In this document: piece after piece, positions 11,386-24,100 of the stretch
Layout: every line of letters starts with the position of its first letter
Numbering within the stretch: the stretch's first letter is position 1
Origin: Epithemia pelagica
Taxonomy: Eukaryota; Protista; Bacillariophyta
NCBI GenBank assembly: GCA_946965045.2
Contig: OX337234.1
Span: forward strand, 124,001-188,000
Reading direction: 5' to 3'
Length of the DNA stretch: 64,000 nucleotides
The notes under the pieces: model-generated
Database searches by the model: none
Told to the model about the DNA's origin: nothing
What the model saw: only the letters and a program-made list of their open reading frames with translations
Position numbers and translations under genes: made by a program

Positions 11386-13370
11386 AGTGGAGTTGCCATT
11401 GTGGGATGCAGTCTTTCGGCTCTTTTGGCGGCCTGGACCTTGGAACAAGGAGGGTATCAGGACTATACGGTACGTTTCGGTCGACGGGTCGCCGTGATAA
11501 TGAGGAGGAGGACGATGATCGTGATCTTGTTCGTGCTTTGTACTCTCACACTGGCACACACACACATGTCATGTGCTCCGTTTTGATTGGTGCTTCCCTA
11601 TTACGATATGGATGTTTGCTTCGACCGACGATAAGTGTGACGTTTTCTCCATGACCAACCAGTGGAAGACGCTCGATGCCACGACGACGACCACCACCAC
11701 CATGCAAACGACGAGCCCTCCTCTTGTTTCTAGCGACCTTTGGAACAACGAGAAGCCCCTGAAACTGGTCGCATGTCACGGGACAACCTGTCGTCGTGGC
11801 ATAATGGACCGCAGCCTCCAACGTCGCGTTCAAACACTGGCCATGGTGCGTCTGTTTCTCGAGCAGCAGCAACGCATGGTGGCCCCAGGACGACGACGAC
11901 ATGTCGTTGTCGTTCGCAAGACTCACAGTGCCAAAATGGTCGACGAGAACCTCTTTGAAGCGGTATGGATTGCCGAACCAACCACCATGACAACGACGAC
12001 ACTCCTCCGAGACGACAAGGACACGACGGAATCGGAGGAACGTGTCACCGCCCCAACACCGAAACTCCACCAAGAAGAAACAACACGATTGGTTCAAGTG
12101 TACTTGGCTTTTGATTCCAACTTTTATCGGAATTATCAATTGTTTCAAACCAATGTGCAAGGACGACAAACCACCTTTTTCAATGCCGCCATTCACCAGG
12201 AACCGACGGACGACGCCCATGTCTTGTCGGTGGACTATGTGCTGCCCTGGAACCGCCGCGACACCAATAAAGAAGAAGAAAACGACGAACAAGCCGTGGC
12301 GTGGTTGGTACGACAAGTCTTGTCGGATTTGGATGCCACCTTTGACGGCCAAGCGAGTCGCTCCTTTGTCTCGTACCAAGACACAATGATATTGGATGGT
12401 GGCAGCCACAAGAGGAACAGCCGCACCAGCCCGACGACGACGATCCCATGGACGACCGTACCGGCCCAACGTACTTGACGTCTCTGGCATACGCCCACCA
12501 TGTGGCCCACAATTGGCTCTCGACGCATACTACCAACCCAAAGACGACGACGATTGTCCAGGACCAGAACGACAACAACGACCAAGAGCAAGAGGAACAG
12601 GACAAGACTTCCAACGAAGGTGTCGTGCCTCGTTTGCGTGGTTCTCGGTTGAAACAAGCCAACAATGCTCGAATCCGGCGTCGTCGTCATCGACGTCGTC
12701 ATCAGTATCGTCGCCGTCGTGCACAAGTGCCGGATGTGCCAGAGGATACGGATGTTGAAGACACTGACGTCGAAGAAGAAGAGGATACCGATGTCGAAGA
12801 CGAAATTGTCAGTGCAGCGGCAGTCAGTGCGGCCCAGGCGGAAAAGATACCGATGTCGAAGAAGAGGAGGAGGATTCCGATGTCGAAGACAATGCCGCAG
12901 TGGCATTGGCGCAAGACGACACGGACGTGGAAGAAGAGGAAGAAGTGGATTCTGATGTGGAAGACGAGGTTGTGAGTGCGGCAGCAGCCCTGGCGGCAGC
13001 AGCCCTGGCACAAGACGACTCGGACGTGGAAGAAGAAGAAGAGGATTCCGATGTGGAAGATGAAGTTGTGAGTGCGGCAGCCAGTGCGGCATTGGCGCAA
13101 GACGACACGGACGTTGAAGAGGAAGAGGATTCCGATGTGGAAGACGAAGTTGTGAGTGCGGCGGTTAGTGCGGCCTTGGTGGAAGACGACACGGACGTTG
13201 AAGAAGAGGATTCCGATGTAGAAGAACAAGACGCTGTGGCAGTCAGTCCGGCAGTCAGTGCGGCCGTCAGTGCAGCCGTTGCAGAAGAAGAAGAGGACGT
13301 GACGGATGTCGAAGAAGAGGAAGAGGTGGATACCAATGTGGAGGACCGCGATGTCTTTGGTCCCAACTGA
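11386..13370 (+). pseudogene. Amine-oxidase-like paralogue, copy 3, with Arg-rich segment and acidic repeat tail; two apparent frameshifts (~12405, ~12843)
   Basis: Exon 1 SGVAIVGCSLSALLAAWTLEQGGYQDYT|gt (to 11469). ORF 11612-12478, then 12448-12975 and 12900-13370 continue by frame switches and end DRDVFGPN*. The intron acceptor (caatag in copies 1-2) is altered and no in-frame ATG precedes exon 1. The frameshifts could be assembly errors. Confidence 0.6.
12760..13345 (+). repeat. Coding minisatellite of ~28-33-aa units (DDTDVEEEEDSDVEDEVVSAAASAALAQ)
   Basis: GACGAC[A/T]CGGAC unit starts at 12915, 13014, 13101, 13185 (spacings 99, 87, 84 nt), with further degenerate units on either side. 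Confidence 0.9.
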
Positions 13371-13516
13371 TTGTGAGACTGCGCCAAACAAGAGGCGCAA
13401 TTCCGTGGACATAGATTGGTCCCATCGAAACGAATACTACTAGTAGTAGTAACAGTAGAGTCTAGGAATCGTTTTCCTCCTTGTGTGTTTCAGATGCATA
13501 TTCTATTTGGGGGGAG

Positions 13517-14547
13517 TTAAAAGGGATCCTTTTCGACTTCTTCGACCAAGGCTTGTACTTCCTCGTCATCTAATTCTTCCAATCGTTTGGCAATGACGGC
13601 ATTTTCATAGTCCTTTAATTGTTGGGCCTGTATATTATACATAAAGGACAAGGAGAAGAGGACAAGAGAAAAAGAGCCATGGCAGCCGTGTCGTGGCCAA
13701 AGGGGTGAGTGAATTGAATGGATAGATCCAAACGAAAGAAAACGAACGAATCAGTTGGACACACACAAACCCAACGACACCCGTCCATGGATACGCTATA
13801 AACACACATATCCACAACGCGCTCATGCTCCGTTCCGATTCGTAGAGTCACAAACGCACACAGTATACTCCAATCAAGGCACCCACAAACGGTCCTTGTG
13901 TTTTTTTGGGGAGGGACACACACACAAGTCCACGCACTCCACAGCCAATTCGTATCGTGGAATGTTTCGAATTGGTACGCAATCCACAACAATGCCTTGT
14001 TTCTCTTTTTTGGCGTACATGGATTTTGATTTTTGATATATACATAGATTGATTGATTGGATATACGTACATAGGTCATGTCCTTGTTGGCGACTCGAAA
14101 AATATACGTGCTGACCCAGGCCACGGTACTCAAGACGGTAAAGCCCACACCAATGGATTGTCCGACCACGAGTGGATCAATGCTGGGATTGACGGCCACC
14201 ACGACATTGTACACGACCAAGGGCAAGGCAAACAAGAGAATGGACAAGACGACGGCACCACCCTTGGTACCCGGATCGACAAACCACGGCAACGAAGACG
14301 ACGAGGAAGAATCGTTCGAGTCGTTGTTGGACGATGACAAGGCCACCACCGACCCGCACGAGGGGGTCGGCAGTGGTGCTTGAGCGAATCCAAAGTTTCT
14401 GGCCGTCTTTCTTGCTGTTGCGGATATTGTGGAACTTGTCGGATGGAATGACACCGAAAAGGCCTCCACCGTGGAAATCATGCTGGTCGAGACGACGAGG
14501 AGCATCATCATCATCATCATCATGCTGATTGTACCGAACGCAGTCAT
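13517..14547 (-). CDS. DUF3007-family plastid-targeted membrane protein; exons 14547-14071, 13627-13517
   Basis: Signal peptide ending VEA-F plus Ser-rich transit peptide; two TM helices; spliced motif WVSTYIFRVANKDMTY|AQQLKDYENAVIAKRLEELDDEEVQAL, which I recognise as the DUF3007 signature. Confidence 0.85.
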
Positions 14548-15107
14548 TCGTTGCGTGCCGCACACTCCTTGGCCCATTCTTTTGTGTAGTATCTTGGTGT
14601 GGTTGTCGTTTTGTTTGGTACTGTGGTTCTCTTGTCTCTCGTTGCTCCGATGAACAAAAGAGTGACAATGGCGGAGATCGCAGATCGCTGAGTCGATGAC
14701 GAATGAGATTTGACACTTTGGATTGTGATTTTTCGTTTATATTGCTCCAATAATGCCTCTTTTTTCGTCTCAAACCCGGTGTGAGGAAAGACGTTGCTTT
14801 CCGTCTGTCGTCCGTCCGACCAAATCTATCCCTACTATGTGGCCTCTCTCCAGGGGCAAAAGCTATAATGTTGGAAAATCCCCCTAGAGTATAGGTCGCA
14901 GTATTCCAAGAAGACCATGTTCCAGACGACCTATAGAGATCCGGCCCAACAACAGGAATCACGGGACAGTCCATCTCTACAGGATGCGATTGTAGACGTT
15001 CTCTTTGGAATCCTGTTTGTTTCTAAATACTATAGCTGCCATACTGCTATATACTTTGGATTGGGTTCCTCCCAACACACAGCGCGCCGCGCGTGGTTCG
15101 TTACCAA

Positions 15108-18100
15108 TTAGGCAAACAAGAAGGACCCGGCTCCTTCGTGAATGGCATAGAGGAGTTTTTCCTTGAGTTCGTCTTCCGTCCCATAGACGGGCAAATCCAA
15201 GGAATTGAAGCAGGTATGGGCCGACATGAGCGAGCCCTTGGCTTGATTGGTCACCTTGTGCAAACTAAACTTTTGCACGCCCCGCATCCCCTGCAATTCG
15301 CCAAAGCCCGCCAAGGGCACTTTGGAACTGCCCGTGACAAATTGCAAAAAGGCCGCCTTTTGATTCCGCGACAATGATGTCAAGACGTTCCAAAACCATT
15401 GAATCTCCTCGTCCGTGGCCTTCCAACCCACATATTCGGTATTCTTTTTCAAATCGTCCACATCAATGTCTGGCAAACCCGAAATGACCAATTCCAATTC
15501 GCGGGGTGTGAAAATGGCAATCAAGTCCGGACTCACGAGTTCGTAAAAGCCGTCCAGATAGGCCTTGATCTGGTTTTGAATGGCCGTCGTCATGCGATGC
15601 TCGCAGACCAATTGTACATACTCTTCCTTGTTGGCCTCCGTGACGGGCACCTTGCGGCCATTCTCAATCAAGTCAATGACTTTGCGTCGGCCAAACGAGT
15701 TGTCGTCAATCGAAAAGAAGAGTTCCAGACCAATGTCTTCCAAATTGTAGTCGAGAATCGTTTTCAAGTTGCGGTAGTAATCCGGATCAATCGCCTCCAT
15801 GTCCTGATGGGAGGGCTTCATTCCCAACATGTGCTTGTACAAACTGCGTGTGAAATGCGCGTCCAGCAAGTACCCATCGGCCACCGCCTTGCCCACAATG
15901 CGACCGCAAAAGCGAAAGTAACTCAAGTGGTCCGGGTTAATGCTACTGTTGGGGTTGGGTTGGAATGTGCATCCGTCTTCGGTCGAAGTAAAGAGGGCAT
16001 AGTTGGGGTTGAACATTTCCTTGGCCAAAATGGCAAAAAACTCTCTCGACAAACCACCAGCGTCAATTCCTTCTTCGTCACGAAAGGTAATGTGCAGCCG
16101 CCCTCTCATTTCGTCCGCGTTTCGAAGACGCAGCTGGTGATAGGCCTCTTCAAAGACTGTTCTTCGATTAATGTGAAGCCGAATGTTGCCGTAACGTCGA
16201 CTGGCCTGCTGCCGCAACCGACGAACTTGTGTTTTGAACCACTGCCGCTTGACGTCAAAATCTAACACGACACGACATCGAGGAACATGGACTAGCGCAC
16301 GGAGGCCTCGGTCCAAGAGACTCGGATTGTTCCGAATGAGAGCGTTCAACAACACGCGGTTTTCACCCACAAAATCAATCAAGCGCGACGCCCCCACAAT
16401 GTTTTCGAGTGGAATTTCGCGATGACCACCTGCCAATTTCGTCTTGTCGTTGCTGTTAGTTTCCTTGGGCTTTGTGGCACTAGCCGTCGCCACAAAGAAG
16501 GCTTCAATCGAAGGAAGGAACCTGGTGAGAATGCCCGCAGAACTGTTTCGAAGTTTCTTGTTTCCATTAGCATCTCCCTCTGCACTTCCCTCGTCTTGTC
16601 CATCCGCATCGTCTGCGTTTTTGTCGGTACCCTCCGCGAGGGTAGCCACACCCTCCAGTACTTGGACAATCTTCAAGCAGGACGACAATTCGTCCCACAA
16701 TACGCCAAAGTCAAGTTGCCGTAGCAAATGAACCAATTCCTCGGTCACATAGATGCCTTCCCCCTTCTTTCCTTGCACTTCTTCGGGTGTATCACTACAC
16801 ATTGACTGCAGCGTTTGGAGGACTCGAAGCAGCTTCAATTCACTAGTGCTGGTTGAAAAGGTAACGGAGCTCGAGATCTTCCCGGTAGCATCCATCGGTT
16901 TTGCTTCGCCAGATGTTCCAGAAGGTATTTTTGATTGACTTGCAGTGGCAGGCGTCCCAACAGCTTGTGTTGCTTCTTCCATACGGATTTTCAGTGATTT
17001 TAGATCCTGTACAGCATCTTCGCCTAGGGAGTGCGCGACGGATGCAAGTTCCGCCAGTACATGTCTCCGGTTGCTGTCCACTCGGCAAAGACGTCGTAAA
17101 ACGATGTTGACCTTCATGAATGCCGTCTCACGGCACGATTCAATTCTCAGAATGGAACAAAATGCTTGAAGTCGCGAAGGAGAAACGACAAGAGATGGAA
17201 CATCCACCCACTCTTTTCCCGTGGCAGCGGCAGACTCAAGCTCTTTATTTGAGACTGAGTCTTCTTCCTCACCACCTCGAGGGAGCTGGGACAAAGGCGA
17301 CACTACCGTTTCTAGAAGAGACAACAGCTGATCAAGGCTTGTAGAACTTCGTAAATAACGCGGTCGTTGAATCAAATCCATCATGCTTTCCAGAAAGGTC
17401 GTAGCTTGTTCTTTGGTTTCATTCTCAACAAGAGCTACCGTCGAAGACAACGAGTGAGCACAGAATCGAGGCGAGGCTTTGGCGAGGTGATGCAACGTGT
17501 CGATGAGTCTTGCAGCAACCACAGGTGGAAGTTCAGCTGAGTCCTTTGAGCCAGCTGTGCTCTTTGGCATGTTTGACGCAACGGAAGCCGCCGCACCCGT
17601 ACCTTGCTTGAATTTGGTCATGGGAGCTGCGTAGTTATCCAGATCGTCGATTTGAGATATCTCGGGGGCAACTCCGAGAAGAGTTTCAGGTGGAAACCTG
17701 CCACCAGAGCGAAAGAGGCGATCCATTTCAACACGCCAGGAGGCAGTATCTTTCGAGTAAATGTCTGCATATGCCTCGACAGTGGCACAAGCCGACCCAC
17801 CTTCTTCATGAAGAAGCTTCAGAAGCGCCGAAGAAATCACCATGCGCAAGTCAGCCTTTCCACAAAGGTTCTGCAAGATCTTTTGGGGGAGACGGTAAGG
17901 GCGAATTGGAGACAAGAGGAAGAAAAGGCGTAGCATAACCATCAAATCACACATCGCAAACGGAGCCGACAAATTGTCTGGGGTGTAAATAATTTGCTCC
18001 CTTTCCACCTCGACTTTGAGCTTGCCTGTGCGTGGTTTCTTCCTTGTCGCAATAGCCTGGGATCCATCCGTGGGACCAGGAACAGCTGCTCTAGGCATTC

Positions 18101-21100
18101 CACGATGTCGAGGATCAGCGACCACCCCTCTCCCGTTTCCGTCGACGACGCGTTGTCTTTCTTGTGCTGCTCGTTCCCGCAGGACGTTTGCCTCAGCTAC
18201 CAAATTCGGGGGAAGACTACTCAGGGTTTCCTCATCCGCTGTAACGAGAATTTCAGCACGGAGCTCGGGTGCCAGAGAGGCGATGAAGCTTGCATTATCC
18301 ATCTCCTCGGCTCGCGAAGGGTCCGCAGGTGCTGCTTCCTGAACATCACGCATTCTTTCGCGTCTTTCCTGTTCAATAACCTCTTGTCGCATGTCCTCTG
18401 GTAGGGCCGCCAACACTTCAGGGTCCAGCGAAGTGCCGTCAAGTTGTGCGGCCAAGTCCCTTGAGCTCGCGTATTCGTTCACGACGTCACGCTGCATTTC
18501 TCTTGGAAGACTGTGGAATACATCTGGTTCAATGTTCGGTGGACAGACGAGAACTTCTTCCTGTTCATTTGATTCGTCCCCGTTGTGCTGTTCGGTGGTC
18601 TCATCGCTTTCTCCAGGTTCGTTTGTTTCCGCGCCAGGATCCTCCTCTGTTTCTTCCATTGCGGCCTCTTCTATCTGTTCCCCACTAGCCAGTGGCTCCT
18701 CAGTTTCATTCGCCACCGCGGCATTGTCGTTGCCTGTCGTGCTTGATGCTGCTTCTTCTACGGCAGCTTCATCATTGGTCGATGATAGACGGAGGCTGGC
18801 AGCCAAAGACGAAGCAACATGCTCACCTTCACTGCCCATGCTAGGAGAATCGTCTTCTCGGGGCGCCGTCTCTCCCTGTTCCACGTTTTCGACTGCCATT
18901 CCATTGTCCCCACCTTCGCCAATGTTCTCAGTGCCTCCTTCTTCTGTTTGCGCACCATCTTGAGCGGGTGCATCTTCATCTTCTTCTTCTTCGTCATCGT
19001 CGTCATTGTTATTCGAGGAGGAATGCTCGCGCAGAGAACGGGTAAGCTCAGCATGGAGAGCAGTTCCTAGCTGTTCAACTGTCGAATCAAACGGAAGGCC
19101 ATCATCCGTCCACCCAATTGGCCCCGAGATGGATCGTGACGGCAACCCTGATCCCAATGATGCACCAGAATGGGAACGGTTAGACCGTATTATGTTACCA
19201 GTTGCTGTCGAAACAAGATATCCACCATGTGAAAAGGATGTATTTGTCCAGTCCCCTGGTCGACGCGTATGCAGTTGACCTGTTCTCCGCGCACGAATGC
19301 CGTGTGGAAACAAATCCATCACGAGGGCATTTATGGGAGGTAAATCGACTCCGCAAAGAAGTGGATGCAACGAGTGCTGAGCTCGAGCAATTGTTGCGGA
19401 AGCAGGGCCACCGGGGAACAATTGAAGGTCCATTTGACTGATATAGGGAAGTTCATTTTCTTCGTTTTCGTCTTGTTCAGAGCGATTGGCATTGTAGTTT
19501 CTACTACCAGCAGTGACGGAGGGTCCACCAAACACAATCTCGATAGAACTCAAGTCTGCCAACCTTCCCGACGCCGAACCTCCAAAAGCCGAGTATCCTG
19601 CATCTGGTTGACTCCTCTGATGTACGTGTGGCAATGTGCCAACGACATCATTGTTCCGGCCTTGCTGCGTGGTCGATCTTCCTGTCAAAATACGGGTGGC
19701 AATGGACGTCTCACCGAGTGGATCACCACCGTTCCCTCCGACAGTCCCTACCCGGATTCGACGACCTCCTGGAGCCATTATTCGAAGGCCCAATTGTCCC
19801 TCAAGTTCCGCAATCGACTCTTGGTTAATCTCACCATTCCGCAGAAGTGTCCCGATCATTGCTTCTGCTGCGTCGACGAACCCTCGGGCACGGTCAGTCT
19901 CCATGTCACCACCAGGGGCCGCACGGTTGGTGACTCCAGAAAGGAGCATGCCCCCAAATCCTGTAGACTCAATTCGTGTCCATCCTTCGTCTATGGCGGG
20001 TTGAGGAATTCGTCCATCTTGCGCTGGATCATCGTTACCAGCCTCCTCACCATCATTGGGTTGAGCATTCTCCGACCCAAAAGCAAACTCGTAGTCCAAG
20101 TTCCAATCCCCTTCATCATCAACTTCCTCGCTCGTAACATCATCCGACTCTTCTTCCTCTTCTTCGTCATTGTCATCGAGCTCGTTCTCGGACTGCTCAT
20201 CTTCACTCATATCCTCCTCTTCGTCACCGTCCTCGTCAATTGACTCATCATCCTCCTCACTTTCATTGTCGTCATCCTCTTCTTCAAGTTCCATCACCGC
20301 ATCATCGTCAGCTGAATGTGTATCTTCTGAATCTACCCCCATGTAAAAAGCATCATCGACGTTGGTGTCGTCTGCTACAGGTGCGTGGAACAAATCAGAG
20401 GGCCCACTCACGGCCGACGTATCGATGCCATCCATTCTGGATTGTCCGGTTTCAAGATGTTCCGCTGTTCCCGTCACGCTTTTGTTCACATCGTCTGGAT
20501 CAGTGCCTTTTAAAGTGGCTTGTCCTTCTGCCTCTTTCTGAACCATTTCCGCAACAAAGTTGCAAACGTTTGGTCTGGTCAGAATTTCAAGGGGAAGTAA
20601 CACAGTTCCGAGTGTACTAGATGCCATCTCATCGTCGAATGGAATCAAATGAACTGCATACATAAGGGCATGAACCATACCACTTTCAAACATTATGCGA
20701 ACAATCTCGTAATTGATGGATATACCCATTTCCAAGTTCTTTCCTCCACCCCGTGGAACTGCCAATCCCAAGCACAGTTCGCCCCACGCATACAATGCGT
20801 GTTGCTCCTTGCCTGGTGTTCGAGATGTCATGGAAGGGATCTCGTGTTTGCTTTGCTTCATTGCATCTTGTCCCAAATGCCCTCCACTCAGCGCAAAAGC
20901 AAGGTCCGCGATGACTCGTCGACGCCCCTCGCCAGGTCTGGCACAGAGTGCCAAAAGTACTCTGCCCGCTGCTTGTGACGTTTTTAATACACGTGCTGCT
21001 ACCTTCTTTTTCACAACTAAAGATGGTTCGTCCGGTCCATCACGCTTTGCCCGAACCCAAATCTTCTCTTCGTTCCGGAGACTCCATCGGTCTTCTGCCA

Positions 21101-24100
21101 ACACAACATGCAGCAGAAAATTGACAAAACTTTTTGTTGGAGACGGAGCACCAGGTACGGCATGAACCAAGTGAGTCAAAATAATCGAAGTTCGCTTGTC
21201 CCTGTGTCGATGAGGCCTATAATTATGCACACTGGACGCGCAAGCGGGCACAGCGAGAATAAGATCTGAAAGAATACCGAGAAGTTCCCACTGTTCGAGA
21301 AAAGTACCAGTTTGACCATCCTGGCCTTCATACGAGTTTGGCTGGTCTATCACGCTCAGTATTTGCCCCACCAAATAATAGGTGATCAGTGTCGCAGGAG
21401 TACTCAAAGTACTAACTGACTCCTCTCGTTGTAACTCTGCCTTTTCTCGTTTGCCTCGTCGCGAACTGCTGTTTTGTCCCTTACCGGAACTCTTCAACGA
21501 GCTGGACCTGCGCCTCGAGCTACCGCCACTCAGAAGAGACCTACGTACTGGTTTCGAAGGTTGCTTTGGTGTACTCTCCATAGTCGTCGATTGAGCTGGT
21601 GGCTCCGGCGATGTCGTAGATGTGGTTGGAGGCTTCTTGATTCGCTCCTCGGGTGGGATTAATCCAATTCTTGGTTCGCTCGCTTGGAAATCACCTTCAA
21701 TCCGTATAGTAGAGGACATGGCTTTTAGGAAAACAGATGCGTCGCGGCAAATCAGAGGAGTAGCGGCCTCAACAAACGACCGTAATGACACAGTCTCTCG
21801 CCCTATGCTTTTGGATGAGCTAGCAGCGTCATTGCTTTTATTCTTGACGAGTTTCGCCATTGTTGTTCGGATCTCGGTCTCCATTGCAGCCAAAAGAGTT
21901 GACTCGTCTTCCAGCAAACGGCGAAAAATCAGAGTGATCAGGCCACTGTTACCTGTGAAGCGGCTCTGCCCACCCAATGATAGAATCGCTTCCACAACTC
22001 CTTCCTTTATACACTCAGTGGAAGCCGATGGCGTCCTCAACAAGTGTAAAAGCAACATCAGGCCTGCTTGGAGAATGCCAGGAGGGGGGAGAGAGACAAT
22101 CTTTCCCTTGACATCTTCACAACCAATTAATCGACGACATGTTTTCAGACACACTTCGGCATGTCTAAGTGGCAACAAAGGGACGTACGGTGGCATCGGT
22201 TTGGGTGAGTCAACCTCGTCGTCTGGACTCCTTGGAAGATTGTTTCCCTGCCCAAGGACGGTGAATGCATCAAACATTGCCATGGCAATCGAATCAGCGA
22301 GACCCTTGTGGTCCCCCAAAACGTCAAAGTAGTCGCTGCATATGTCAGTCGAGTCCTGATCTTCACCCGTCTTTCTGGATGTCAACAGAGAGTAATCTTC
22401 CTCCGAAAATGCGACAACTGGTTGAGCCATAATGTCCAAGAGGAGCAACGAATGGGGCAACCACATTGGCCATTCCGGAGCAGTGTTAGATGTCACGGCG
22501 GTGTCCATGAAGGCTTCAACACGGGCTATAATGGGCGTCACAAGACCTTTCTTCAGTACCATCAGACGAACTTTGGGAAGTGCCTTGATAAACAAAACAA
22601 CCGAGTGAGTCAACTTGGAAATTGCATGGTCGTCCGCCTGATCGCTAGCTTCAGCCAGCAATTTGGTCTTCAATTCCTCCAACAGTAGAGATACGATCTT
22701 GTCTTTTTCATCCGGATATCGATGGCACAAATCTAACATAAAGGACGTGACGACCACCGTCAAGGCTTCGTTCTCGGCATCTCCATCCATTTGCGTCGTC
22801 GTAATGGTCGAACCCTGTTTGGACTTGGCCAAAATATTGCAGCAGGTGGTGGGTGAAACCTCAATCCACGACTGCAACACGGTCGTGATCTCCTTGTCTT
22901 CGTCGTCTGAACTATCTGTTGGGGATTCTTTCTTTTTCGCTTCCTCATCCTTGGTGCTGTCAACTTCCATTGGAGCGGGGCCATTTTCATTTGCAGTTGC
23001 TTCATTCGATTGCTCCTCAGCCGGATTTGCAGTTGAGGAGGGTTCCGCGTTTGCATTGGAGGAATCCACAGCTGTTTCAACAGCCGTCTCATCACTGCCG
23101 CGGGGAGCTTCCTGTTCGGTAGTCGAGGCGTTGTTCGCCGATGCTTCAGTCTCCTGTGGTTGCTCGGGTTGTTGATCTTGCTGTTGTTGTTGTTCTTGCT
23201 GCTGTTGTTCCTGCTGCTGTTGTTGTTCCTGCTGTTGACGTTCTTGCCGTTCAGCTCGTCGTCGAGCGGCCGTGACTGGGTCCGGTGGCGGATGCGTCAG
23301 TGCATACTCCATGGCGACTTCAATTCGATTGGTCTCGGTGCGCTCCAAGGCGTCAATGGCGTGATCCCGACTGAATCCCATTTCCAGCATTCCGGCAATC
23401 GAGTCTTCACTAACTCGAAAGGGCTGTCGCGGTGGTGGTGGCGGCGATGGTGCTTGGTTCGTATCCGCTGGACCGTCGGCACTCGCATTCCGACTCCGAC
23501 GAATCCAATCCGAAAGAAACATACGCGACGACGATCCATCGCTCGTCCCGCGTGAGGACTTGGTTTTCCGCTTGTTCACCTCCTCTTCCAGTCCTACAAT
23601 GATATCGCCAACCAAGGAGAGCACAGGGTGCATTAAATGGGGCGGTGCCAGTGCGGATCGTTCATCGGCCCACGCCGTTCGCACCGTTTCGGAGATGCGC
23701 AATTGAACACACTTGACCAACCCTTCTGGCTGAAAAAACTCATCCTTCTTGTCCTCCTCCTTGCTAGTGTCGTCCTTCTCGGTGGCATCCGTGGTTTCCA
23801 GTTTCAACAATTCTCGGAAATACTTCCACTTGATCCGACTCATGACAGTGGCCACGGGAGACGAGGAAAGGGACGTCGACATGAGTCGTCGAAGAAATTT
23901 CACAACGGGAGGAAAACATGCCGCTGAACTGTGTCCCACACGCAGTGGCTGTCTCGAGTTGGATTCCTTGCTTGTTGCCAGGGTCTCCTCGCTACGAGTT
24001 CCAGGGGCACGCGCCGAAAAGTCGGTCAAGCAGTGATCCCAAATGTACTGGATGCATTCAAAGAGTGGAGCCGAAGTCAAGGGCATGAGGTCGATTGTCA

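Larger units (their letters stand above)
5101..12260 (+). repeat. Tandem segmental duplication. Unit A ~5101-8400 and unit B ~9490-12260 (SUMO intron end + exon 2 + 3' flank + amine-oxidase-like gene), plus an extra partial unit 8401-9490
   Basis: Colinear similarity by eye: 5340-5600 ~ 9690-9930; 5900-5995 ~ 10240-10355; 6920-7110 ~ 10433-10655; 7150-7430 ~ 11215-11475. The same junction (..EKEEE coding sequence joined to the SUMO intron end tttag|ACGGG) occurs at ~8400 and ~9490. Confidence 0.85.
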
